DNA of 50,513 nucleotides, filler included, from Basidiobolus ranarum (Eukaryota): NCBI GenBank assembly GCA_040143965.1. It is 2 parts of 2 records of this genome, joined end to end, with 100 filler letters (N's around TTAATTAATTAA, not from the genome) between each part and the next. Parts side by side here need not be neighbours in the genome. Positions count along the whole stretch, not along the records: positions 1 to 25,239 come from JASJQH010007019.1; 1 more part is not named here. One strand, 5' to 3'. Shown piece by piece: positions 1 to 10,863 of this stretch (position 1 is its first letter; each line of letters starts with the position of its first letter). The notes under the pieces were generated by a model. It saw only the letters and a program-made list of their open reading frames with translations, ran no database searches and was not told where the DNA came from. The position numbers and the translations under genes were made by a program.

Positions 1-192
1 CAAGTATGTCTTATTACCCCCACTTATCTATTATATCTTATTACACAAACTCCTGAATATCTCAAACAATTGATTTACTTTTCTACTATATAAGTCACCA
101 TATACTCTTAACAATAAACTAACTAAAACACACTATCATAAGTTGCTTCTAATACTCAAAGTCTACCCCCATTATGTCAAGATCCTCCAACA

Positions 193-434
193 AAATTTGC
201 ATGGCCTAAACACCTACATAGCCATATATAGCTTAGTACTTAGTTTATTATATATTAAACTAAGATATTACCCATTATTCTCATGAAGAATTTACTTTGA
301 ATATTGACACCAACTTAGAAGTTCTCAGATATAAGTTTTTCAAAGAAGCCCCAAACTTTTGTTAAAGTATTTGGATAAATATACTAAGTACTAAGCTATA
401 TATGACTATATAAGTGTTTAGACAATGCTAATTT
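193..434. repeat. 52-bp imperfect inverted repeat pair (arms 193-244 and 383-434), MITE/foldback-like relic
   Basis: The reverse complement of 193-244 (actaagtactaagctatatatggctatgtaggtgtttaggccatgcaaattt) matches 383-434 (actaagtactaagctatatatgactatataagtgtttagacaatgctaattt) at 46/52 positions; 4 of the 6 differences are G/A transitions. It lies in a CpG-free tract. No transposase seen. Confidence 0.8.
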
Positions 435-910
435 CAACACTTTGAACATATGTTCCTGGGACCTTCCTTAACACATTCTACATGTTAGTTTGTTTACATG
501 TTGACAAAACTATAAATGTCAACTCAATATGTGAAAACCACCAATTTCTCTAATTCTCCAAACCACTTCCAACAGGCTCCCAAATACTTTAACAGGATAT
601 TCTTATTGGGAAAATATAGGTGTGTAAAGATAGAGATAACAAATATGATAAAGACAATAAACTTCAACAATTCTAGACTTTGTCAAAGTTGTAACTTCAT
701 TTTCTCTGGAAATACAGTAAAATATTTTTTCCATGTAGGAGATGTTAGCTTATACTTCGACTTTTCCTTCAAGTCTAACAACCGCCTTCGAACTTTGGTG
801 ACTAAAAACAATGGAGCAGGATTTTCATTAGAAGAAGCCATCAAAAGCGCCATAAGCTACTAATCCAATGGCTCCTTACATCTTTCGAACTACCCAAAGA
901 GTACTTACTT

Positions 911-1456
911 ATGACTGCGGTTGTCTACAGTGACCAGTTTATTCTAATACATACAATCACCTGTATTGGAGAGGTTTACAAAGATCATGGTATACTGGCA
1001 ATCGTTTATTGTATATCGAAGGGGAAAACACTTCTATTGGATTACTTGTATGAGAGAAACGTAATCTTTGAGTGCTCTTATTCCCTACTAAGTAGATGTA
1101 TCATCACTGGAATGTGCAAATCAGGTGAGGTGTGTACTTGGTATCTGAAGAATAGAACGATTTGCCCGCTGATTGATAAAGAAATCATCCTGCGAGCATA
1201 CTTGGAGAATGGTGACTTAATTCGGGCCTCCGAGTACCTCGCCATCAAAGATATCAAAATATTGTTGAAATCTTTATTCATGATTAAAGAAGAAATGTTT
1301 CAATGGCCGATTGTTACTTATTCCAATGAAGAACATTTTCTGTCAAGTGAAAGTGATCTGAGGATTCTCGTTAGTCGGGACATATACCCAGGCAGCAATG
1401 AAGACATGATTCCTAGTTCTATGGACATGGAGACAACTTATGTCTTGGATTATTAG
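911..1456 (+). CDS. Hypothetical protein, weakly ankyrin-like; 5' end uncertain
   Basis: 181-aa ORF. Segments such as ISKGKTLLLDYLYE and YLENGDLIRASEYL loosely resemble degenerate ankyrin helices. The frame stays open upstream to about 806 (KRHKLLIQWLL). Confidence 0.35.
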   Translation: MTAVVYSDQFILIHTITCIGEVYKDHGILAIVYCISKGKTLLLDYLYERNVIFECSYSLLSRCIITGMCKSGEVCTWYLKNRTICPLIDKEIILRAYLENGDLIRASEYLAIKDIKILLKSLFMIKEEMFQWPIVTYSNEEHFLSSESDLRILVSRDIYPGSNEDMIPSSMDMETTYVLDY

Positions 1457-1751
1457 AATGCATAAGTATGAGAATATTACTAATGGAATTAAATAGCAAC
1501 CACTAACTCTCAGTCATTAACACTATCAATGCAGTTAGTAGCAGAAGTACTGATGGTGAATTTAACTAATAATGTAATGTACATTATAACATATATTTCA
1601 ACCACATCAACGCCAACAGAAATAAAGAGCAAATGAATTAATCGATGTACGAAATACTATACGTATTTTAACCATAGGAATAACACTATTGGATGCTGAA
1701 ACAGTGCAAAGTTTGCGTGAGAATACTTGGAGCTTTATTAGATTTAATAAC

Positions 1752-1816
1752 GATAAAACCATACAATAAAGTCATACAATAAAACCATACAATAAAGCCA
1801 TACAATAAAACCATAC
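1752..1816. repeat. Minisatellite, 5 x 13 bp (consensus AATAAAACCATAC)
   Basis: Units gataaaaccatac / aataaagtcatac / aataaaaccatac / aataaagccatac / aataaaaccatac, read directly. Confidence 0.9.
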
Positions 1817-2331
1817 GGGTTTAGTAGGTTCACTCACCAAGAAATAAGGAAGGGGGATCTTGTTTGATTCTTACTAGCATTAGTAGGGGCTGAGTAACCA
1901 CATCCCTAAAGCCCTGATTCTTTTTCTCCAGATTAAGCTCTACTAATATCACATAACTCATATAGTTCTACCTAAACTTTCAAAATATCGAAAGAGCGAT
2001 TATAACATATCTGCTTATTTAAAGAGTGATTGTAATATCTGCTTATCCGCCCCAAACAAGACAATATTGATCTAGTTGGGCTGAAACAAGTCACTCTAAC
2101 GCGAATCCATATACAAGCCACTTTTGAGAACAACCTAAATGAGGCCTCAAATGAACTGCTCCAGTCCCACTTATCTGATGATTCTCCACTTCTATACAAT
2201 GTCAAGTCAGGGGCTTGGGCACGCTCGATAGCATTTGAATTAGTCAATCAATTTTAATACATTGCAACTTACTTTCACATGATGAATGAATAAACTGCAG
2301 GTTCCATACATGCTTTATTGAAGCGCTGAAC

Positions 2332-2338
2332 TATAAAA
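2332..2338 (+). promoter_or_regulatory. Probable TATA box of the P450 gene
   Basis: TATAAAA about 30 nt upstream of the ATG at 2368; similar boxes precede several other genes in the window. Confidence 0.45.
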
Positions 2339-2367
2339 GGAGTAGAACGCGAACGATAAAGCTAAAG

Positions 2368-4064
2368 ATGCTTCAAACACTTATACTCGTGTGCCTGGTG
2401 CTGTTGGGGGTGTACACTAAATATACCAAGAAAAATCCATATAACCACATACCTAGTCCAAAAGGAAATCCCATATTTGGCCATATATTCATGCTACGAT
2501 ATGACCAACTAGTTAGAGATTTGGAAAATTGGGCTTGGACATACGGGACAGTATATCGATTAAATTTGTTTACCAAGCCATGTCTCGTCATCTCTGATGT
2601 TCAAATGTGCCATGAAATCCTAAAAGCAAGGCCAGACGGCTTTTCCCGTGGTTCTGGACTTTCGAAGGTGGCAAAAGAATTCAATATCGACGGAATATTT
2701 ACTCATGAGGGTGCCGAGTGGAAGCATTCAAGATATTGGATTGCTACTGCATTTTCTCCTGCTAAGGTTCGTGAGTTTAAGAAATGTGTGTGGCATCACT
2801 CAAAGATGCTTCAAGTGAAGCTATCTACTATTTCTGAGAAGCAAAAGGTGTTGCTTGACCAGCAGCACATTGATACATCCACTGCTATAGACGTCAAGTT
2901 TCCTATTAAGTATCAGTATGATGATGAAGACTTGACTGACGCTATCATGAAGGAAATTCAGTCCACTGTTCTTTCAATTGTGTGCGATGTTTCTTTCTCT
3001 TGGGGTGATGATAACTTTCTCTCAGCCGACGTTCTGGAGAGAAGCAAAGTCTTTCTTGCTCGCATATTTGAGCGTGCATTTTCCACGTTTCCTATTTGGA
3101 AGTTTTATAAAAATGAAAAAGACAGAATTGCTGAAAGTATGAAAGATGAATTCGACCACAGACTTCAGTCTTTGATCGAGACTGGTTACAATTCTGAAGG
3201 TAAAGATAGTCAAGAATCGCGAACCCTACTTGATACTTTGATGAGAAGCACACTTGAACCCGATGGGGAGGCCGATGACCTATTAGAGAAACGTAGAAGA
3301 ACACATCGACTAACACATAGTCAGATGAAGGCTAACTTACTCACAGTGGTTATGGCTGGATATGGTAAGTCTAACACTAAAGTTAGAATGTTCCTTCTCG
3401 CTTGATCTCAATATTTCCATTATCAATAGAAACTACCTCAAACGTGGTGAGCTGGATTCTGTATGAACTAGCCAAATCTCCTAAATACCAACAAAGAATA
3501 CGCGCTGAAGTGAAGCAAGCATTTGGAAATATCAATCAACTTGATATTGACCAAGATTCCGAAATCCTTGAAAAAGTTCTCAACTCGTCAAGTAGCCACC
3601 TTCCCTTTATCAATGCGGTAGTTCAAGAAACACTGCGCCTTCATTCAGTTGCACCAATTATTCAATTGAGTGCAATTAAGGACCAAGAGATCCAGGGAGT
3701 TGAAATTAAAAATGGCACGGAGATATTTCTTCTAGCTCGTACTGCAACTATTCGCTCGTGGCCAGCTTCTTCACCATTCAAGTTCAACCCCGAGCAATGG
3801 CTAGGTGAAAACGGAGAAACTGAAGGTGAAATTAAGATAATGAATCAGCTAGGACTGTCTTTTGGTTTTGGTCCACGTGTGTGTCCTGGACGCCATTTGG
3901 CAGAGACAGAGTTGATTGTTCTCACTGCTTTGATAACTTCCAACTTCCAACTATCCTTGATTGATACGCCCCCTACGAGTGAGCCACCAATGGAAAAGGT
4001 GATATTTACTGCATATCCTGCTAACCTTCACATTCGTATTGAAAAATACGAAGATTCAACCTAG
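2368..4064 (+). CDS. Cytochrome P450 (2 exons: 2368-3364, 3430-4064; about 543 aa)
   Basis: N-terminal TM anchor and Pro-rich hinge (IPSPKGNPIFGH). Removing GT-AG intron 3365-3429 restores the I-helix AGYETTS. ExxR (ETLR), PERF-like FNPEQW and heme motif FGFGPRVCPG are present. Confidence 0.95.
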
Positions 4065-4468
4065 ATAATCATTTATCAAGAAAATATAATATATATTTAT
4101 AAGCAGTGTCAATTAGGATATCTTCAGAGTTATTTTTACCCATTGATTTACTTGAGCCATACACCCACCTTTGAAATCAATACCTTCTGTATACAGTTGC
4201 TAATATGATTCATATTGCACTCACAATATTCTCTATCATCGCGATTTATATATATCAAGATGCATTCTAGACTAGCCTTATTTAGTATGGCTCTAATGCG
4301 CATCACGTGCAAAAGATTCTTGTTGATACCCAGTAAAACGAAGAATTCTGGCAAAACGGTAAACTGCTATCCAGTTCAGGATAGTGCCTAGAAGCGATAT
4401 CATACGTCACTGGATCTACCCAACCCATATAAAATAATGCGTCTAAGACGAAGTATTAGGTATTAAGC

Positions 4469-5715
4469 ATGAATACAAAGTTGCTCGTGGCCTTCGTTTT
4501 GATAAGGTTGGCTATTTTGAAAGCCTCTAGAGAGAATAAAATTACCGTCGCTCAAACCAGGTGAAGCTTATGTTCGAATGAGAGCAAGTGGAATTAATTT
4601 GGTGTATATAAATCTGAAAGAACTATCTTTCGCACCATAAACTGGAGAAATACTAATGGAATGTCTTTGAATTAAGTCTGATGTTGTCAACGTACTCGGT
4701 TGGCTTCCATTTACCACTACTCCTCCTACTCCTGGACGTGATTTTGTCGGAATGGTCGAAGAAGTAGCCGATGAAAATGGTCAAAAATGGGTAGGAAAAG
4801 AAGTGTGGGGTACTGCTGGGGAGGTTGGATTTAGTTCAGATGGAGCACATGCTAGGTAAGCTTTTATCAAAAAGAGTTTTCGGAAGTACAGATTTAACCA
4901 TATCGTGAATTTTATGTCAAGTGTTATCAAAGTCAGCGTGGATGCTCTGAGTGAAAAGCCAAAGTCACTTAATTTTGCCGAAGCCGCATCAGTAGGTTTG
5001 CCTTGGTTATGTGCTTGCTTGGTGGTAAATACCCTTGCTCAAGTGAAAGAAGATGATAATGTACTCGTTATAGGTAAGCAATAATCATTTTTTAAGCTTT
5101 TCGAGTAATATTTCATCTCGTTGGTGTTGTTAACAATTGAAAAATGGATTTTTATTTTCAGGTGCTAGAGGAGCTATCGGTTCTGCAGTACTTGAGATGT
5201 GCTCTCATATCAAAGTGAAAAATGTTTTTGGAACTTATTCAAAATGTCCCCCTGAAGTTACTGGCCATATTCCAATTGACCTTTCTTCTCATCCTTCACC
5301 AGCTCGTTTCTTATCTGATCACGGGTTCAGCAACAATATTACCATAGTGATTGACGCTTATGGTTCAGATGCTCTGCTCAATGACGTGATGGATTCTAAT
5401 GGTAAAGGGAAGATAGTGGTGATGGCAGTTCATAATAAAGACGGACATGCCAGCCTCAATCTTCGTAAATTTTATGCCAGATCTTCAACTCTTCTTGGTT
5501 TAATTTCTGGTCGAATGGATACCGTTGAAGGAGCTAGAATGCTTGACACTTTAAGACCACATTTTGATAATGGGACATATAAATTAGAGAAAGCAGTGTG
5601 CGAAGTACCTTTCGATACTTTAGAAAATATAGCCAAAGCTTATCAGTCAACCCTAGATGCAACAAACCAAGGAAAATTAATCTTCACCATGGCAGATGAG
5701 CATTCGGACATATAG
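4469..5715 (+). CDS. MDR-superfamily (quinone oxidoreductase / zinc-binding ADH-like) oxidoreductase; 5' end frameshifted, possible pseudogene
   Basis: Introns 4602-4676, 4856-4921 and 5074-5161 join LKPGEAYVRMRASGINL|SDV...PGRDFVG...EVWGTAGEVGFSSDGAHA...KPKSLNFAEAASVGLP...VLVIGARGAIG (Rossmann motif). The ATG at 4469, the segment KVARGLRFDKVG and IKLPSLKPGE lie in three different frames. Confidence 0.8.
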
Positions 5716-6386
5716 AACAAACATGATTTCATAATAAATAAATAAAAGAAAACGCCTCAACTGTGTTGAGTGCTATATATTTGTCACAAAATATGACTGA
5801 ATTAATATATGTAGTACTTCTACTATATACATATACCGAAAGTAGTAATGTGGGCACTTCGGTAACTTTCCAGAAAGGTGGGTAAGTATTATATATAGGT
5901 TTTATATGCATTACCTGTATCCATCGCTGAGAATATGCAAATGTCGATTTGTGGGGGATCAAATCAATTATAGGTAAGGAACATGGTGATCATTGAGAAA
6001 AATCAGCATCGCACATGGCAAACAATAAACAATATATGTCATCAGTTCCCAGCAATAGGAAATACAAGCCATATTTGAGAGACGTAATATTAGTGGAAGT
6101 TACAGTCATGAATTATTTATAAGTGATCTAAAGCGTCTTTATAAGCCCAAGTGCTACGTTATCTATGGCGTTCTACCAGGGCAAATCAGAGAGTTTCGTA
6201 CGAAGTGAAGTTGCAGAATATATACCACAAATAGTGATGTGGGCCTCACATGTTGAATTAACCAGGACGTATTTGGCTACTGCCTCGAAATCTATTTATA
6301 TAACCAAGTCCAGAGGTTTTGAGCGTTTGAGGGTTTCTCTATATAAGCAGTTAGTGAGATGGACAGTTTCATTATCATCTGAAATA

Positions 6387-6863
6387 ATGAAGTCTAGTAT
6401 CCTCTACTCCCTCGCCCTTGCCACCTGCCTTTATTGGTCTGCAGAAGCGATCCCTAAGTTTGACAAGCATGCAGCTTGGGGCAAGCGGGACTATTCCTGC
6501 TTGGAATTCAACACTCCTGCCGAAGGATCTCGCTTGAAAGCCGGTCAAGTAACAAAGCTTAACTGGAAGGTAGGCCAGTGCGGCCCTAGCGGGGATGTCA
6601 TCACCACCTATGACCTCCAATTGTATAACAGCCTTGAATATGGCTTTGCTAATAGACAGCCTTTGATTAAGAACAAGTTAAGCACCAAGATTGTCGAAAA
6701 GCTCAGCAACCAAACTGTGAGCTATTCTTGGAAAGTTCCTCACATCAAGCAAAAAGGGGTCAACGCCAACCTTTACTATATTCGAGTCACCACTTCCTCC
6801 GAATCCAACCCACAAAAGCCTTCCCTTTTCGGAATTGCTGGACCATTCACCATTTCTTCCTAA
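6387..6863 (+). CDS. Small secreted protein with Kre9/KNH1-like N-terminal (Ig-like) domain, 158 aa
   Basis: ATG 6387 begins a signal peptide (MKSSILYSLALATCLYWSAEA) followed by a KR dibasic site. Family-like pattern FNTP..G..LKAGQVTKLNW...YDLQLYN...SYSWKVP...YYIRV...GPFTI. TATA-like element upstream at about 6340. Confidence 0.75.
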   Translation: MKSSILYSLALATCLYWSAEAIPKFDKHAAWGKRDYSCLEFNTPAEGSRLKAGQVTKLNWKVGQCGPSGDVITTYDLQLYNSLEYGFANRQPLIKNKLSTKIVEKLSNQTVSYSWKVPHIKQKGVNANLYYIRVTTSSESNPQKPSLFGIAGPFTISS

Positions 6864-7310
6864 TTAAGTCATCGAATTTGATTACAATAAAATTTTTGAA
6901 TTTTTGGAACTCGAAGTGATGTGTCATTTATTTCTTTCCCATCCCCATCATGGGAGCTAGTCAAGAGTATAAGCAGTAGCGTTTGGAGGAAATCGTTTCG
7001 CATATCGATAAATATCTAAATTGGAGCTTAAAAATATACTGAGCAGGTATAACTTTGCAACTGACCTTTTCAACATGAACATATTTACTGATTTATTAAG
7101 ATGAGACAGGGACTGTGTAATGAGATTGTCTAATGAGATTGTGTAATGGATACTTTCCACCATCAATATAATTACTTGCTCATGATTGGTCACAGTATAG
7201 AGTAAAGACTAACGATGGTTTTATGTTCAAAGCATCTATGGTAGAAAGATGTGCCATTCTGAAGTTCATTTAGATGACTTGGATTTTTTACTACTTGGAC
7301 AATTCTGATT

Positions 7311-7537
7311 TGCAAAAAACTCAGTTGCTAAACCATCATCACAACCATCATTGATTCTATTATGAGAGCCATCAACAAGATTTTGCTCAGATAAATTGGA
7401 TTTTCTACTAAATTATCTCATAATAATTTAAGCGCGCCTATAGCAGCAAAAATGTATAGATTATCGCGTTCACCTTGATGCTTGACTAAATCTATACAAG
7501 TTGGCCATGGTTTTCTCCAGTCTACCAAGAAGGGATA
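7311..7537 (-). pseudogene. Papain-family (C1A) cysteine protease relic
   Basis: Minus strand reads YPFLVDWRKPWPTCIDLVKHQGERDNLYIFAAIGALKLL* (cf. LP..VDWR...VKNQGQCGSCWAF), then in another frame NLSEQNLVDGSHNRINDGCDDG (cf. LSEQNLVDCS...GC.GG). Stop codon, frameshift and loss of the catalytic Cys. Confidence 0.8.
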
Positions 7538-8697
7538 GCATGGACAGATAAAAGAAAGATATTAACAACCAATGGCATCACTATATTAGTCAAATAAAAC
7601 ATTCATAGATATCTAATAGGTACCAAAAAATGATATTAAAACATATCGGACAATACCCCTGTTTTAAGGGTATAATTTATAGGCAACTTTAATACTTGTT
7701 GTTAAAAAGGATCCATAAATGGGACTAAAGCAATGAAAAAGGTATGTTTGTAATATACCAAAAAACTGGTATCATATTGTAAGTATTTTGGATTCTGCAC
7801 TATGTGATATTTGACAAATAAATGTTGGCCAGATGTATAAAGATACGGATAACAAATACAATAATCCTCATCACTTTGTTTAGAAGTGCTTGGGGAATAA
7901 CTATCATTGCAGGGACAGGTTCCAATATAAAGAGAGAAATTCCTATCTTGAGCAGAGTGGGTAGATATGTCCAAGTAGAAATATACCAAGGTTCATGCTA
8001 TATAATTATAAGCACAGGTTCAGGTCACAGCTCACAAGTCATGTACTACTTAGGGTTAGGGGCTAAGGATCTATTAGAATAGACTAGCATAATTGGATAT
8101 TGAATATATTCACCAAAATCCTCTGATCAGTTTAGACCTAATTTAATGCAGCGCATGACAGCATTAAAACAGGAAGTGATGAAATAATTGACTATTTCAA
8201 AATAAACCAATGAAACCTTTAAACGATTGTTATTGAATTGATAACGGTAAATTGATTCGAAATATGTACACTTTATGGGCCTCATAACAGTTACTGAAAG
8301 CTAGCTACTATACACTGAAGAAGCCACAAAATAGATGCATGCAGGTAGTATGTAGTTGGAACATTATGCATACGATTTCCACGACAGTTATGACCAAGCC
8401 ATAAACCCAGCACTACAAAAGGAAATGTCTTGTATCCCCACCCTCTCACCAATGTACTTTCAGCATAAAGTAGGCATTGCGGTGCCTGAATGTTGTTATC
8501 ATGGCTACGATGGATATTGTATTTATTTCACAATTAAAGGATTGCAGCACATCTACCTACTCCCAAATAGATGAATATGGGTCAAGGATGCTGAAAGCCA
8601 GGAGCACAAAAATGAAACCAAGTAGTAATGAAAGTAATCATGATATTCGGAAGGATATATTGCTTAGGCATGGGGTATAAACTCTCGAGTAGGATCT

Positions 8698-9669
8698 CTA
8701 AATCCCAAAAATGGCTGCAACTACACTAACACCTGCAGTTATTAATGCAGGAATGACGATTGTTCCATCGGAGCTTGTATTTTTAGATTGACTATCCACT
8801 TTGTAGTTAACACTGTTGGGGCCGCTATTATCTTTGGCATCTCTGTACATTGGATATTTGTGATTTAAACATTCAGCAACGGTGACAAATCGGAATTCTT
8901 TAGCACGGATAGCTTGGATGACTTGCAAAGTACGGTTTACAGAGAATTGATGAATATCATGTTGCAGAGAAATAAAGCTATCTACGCTTATATTGGCAAT
9001 GTCGACCTTTGCTTTGACATTTGTGACTAAGGAGTCATGTAGATGTGGGGTAGTAACATATTGCCAATCTACGAGTTCAACAAGAATGAGTGACGTTTCT
9101 TAATGTTGGATATTTGAATATAACACTTACCGTTAGAATCAACGTTCCAGCTAATAATATGATACTTCATTTCTTCCATAATCTTTTGGCACTCAACATT
9201 ACAATTTCCAAATGGTGGGCGCATATAAGTAGGCGAGACACCAATGGCTCCCTTGATGGCAGCATCAGCAGTGGTCATTTGTTGTCGGATAAGATCTGGG
9301 GTCAAGTCATTCAATGAATTGTGAGTATGAGTATGAGAAGCGATCTGATGGCCTTCCTCATATGCTTGCTTTAAAAAATGTGAAAAACGAGCATCCTGTG
9401 CTTGAACACCGAGACTGAAAAAGGTAGCCTTTATGTCTTCCTTTTTCAGCAAGGCAAGAAGATCACCGGTAGGTGCACCAGGACCTGTAAAGAAATTAGT
9501 AAAAAAGACTTCATCATCAAAGCAGAACTATCTTCTCACCATCATCAAATGTCAAAGCAAAAAGGCCTGGTTGGTCACACTTGCGAATGATATTTTTCCC
9601 ATCATCTTGAGCAACCGCACCACCAATCAAGGCAGTTGCGAAAATAGCAATCTTCACCAAAGAGATCAT
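8698..9669 (-). CDS. Chitin/polysaccharide deacetylase (CE4, NodB domain), secreted, probably GPI-anchored; 3 exons
   Basis: Signal peptide MISLVKIAIFATALIGGAVA; introns 9485-9539 and 9069-9130; motifs TFDDGP, HTHTH, RPPFG, DSNDW, LQHD; hydrophobic C-terminus. Confidence 0.93.
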
Positions 9670-10863
9670 AATAAAGTGACTAGGTTACAGAATCTCTGAA
9701 ACGAGCAATGAAGAAGAAGAGAGATATTTCGGTTAGTGGCGAATAAGGATTTAACTGCTTTTATATGGGGAACAGCGGATAAAATCTCCAGTGTGACAAG
9801 ATCATTAAACGCATGGGAATGGCAAGCTCCCACTTTATCCCCTCATTTCTGATTTCAGTAAGGTTCCTTAATTAAATTTGGCCCACATAATGCAGGCATG
9901 GAGTGGGTATGGTATATAAATGTACTAATCCGAGTACAATTCAAAACAACCACTTGGATCTTAATTCATATAGTAAGCTGGACTCCAACTCGCTAGAATA
10001 CTTGATGTCCAGAAATGGGGCCTTCTAAAAAGCGGAGGGAGTCCTCTCAACCATCGCATTCCATCATACACACGTCAGAAAGGTTAGAGGCAGAGAGAAT
10101 GTTTTCAGTAAACTTTGCAAGTACATACATGATTCTAAATATAGAGCGCCCACTGAATGTATATATGGATCGATGGTAGTCGGGACCCATATGTTGGCTT
10201 TATCAGTTGTAAACTCAGAATTCTGTAAATTTCTTCTGAAACTCGGTCACACCAAGAATACGGTTTTAAGCTTAACTATTGTGTGACTGAGGGTGAATTG
10301 AGCTTGAGTAGGAGTACCGTCAGAAATACTCAGATTTCAAACTTGATCTAGATGAAAAATAGATAATGAGCCTAGATAGAATGACAAATGGAATTTACGT
10401 CTTCATTACCATAGTTTCATCAATAAAGTACAAAAGAAACTAGCCCAATTAATGATTAAGTTGTTTATTGCGGTACGTGTACAAACCACCTTTATCAATA
10501 ACCTGTGCTTTTCATACAACGGACCAATTGACGCCCGTTCTAAAAATAGGTTTAATTGAAAATAGCTTCATCATTGTTATTTACAGTGTTTACATCATTC
10601 TCATCGCATTTTATATTAAGCTCATTTTATAGATGGAATTTGTTTACTTTTCAGATTACCGAGTTCTTCATTGATTAGGAATTTAACTAATCAGTATCTA
10701 TAATGACCAGTCAGGGTTAGGGTTTTCTGATTTCGATTCATTCATGGCTCAATCCTTTGGTAACTTTGTAGATACATTCTTTAACATATATTTACACTAG
10801 CCATACCATATTGTAACTCATCAGCCGAAGTAGTTGCCATCAGGATAAACACAAGAAACCTAA

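Noticed and set aside
1752-1816. CRISPR-like array
   Set aside because: Units are contiguous with no unique spacers; eukaryotic context; no cas genes.
6165-6386. N-terminal extension of the 232-aa ORF
   Set aside because: It overlaps TATA-like elements, and the signal peptide starts at ATG 6387.
8050-8061. TTAGGG x2 telomere-like motif (similar motif near 10711-10722)
   Set aside because: Only two units; compatible with chance.
10281-10380. TPP-riboswitch-like words (CTGAG, AACTTGATCTAGAT)
   Set aside because: Spacing and pairing do not fit the aptamer, and no thiamine gene is adjacent.
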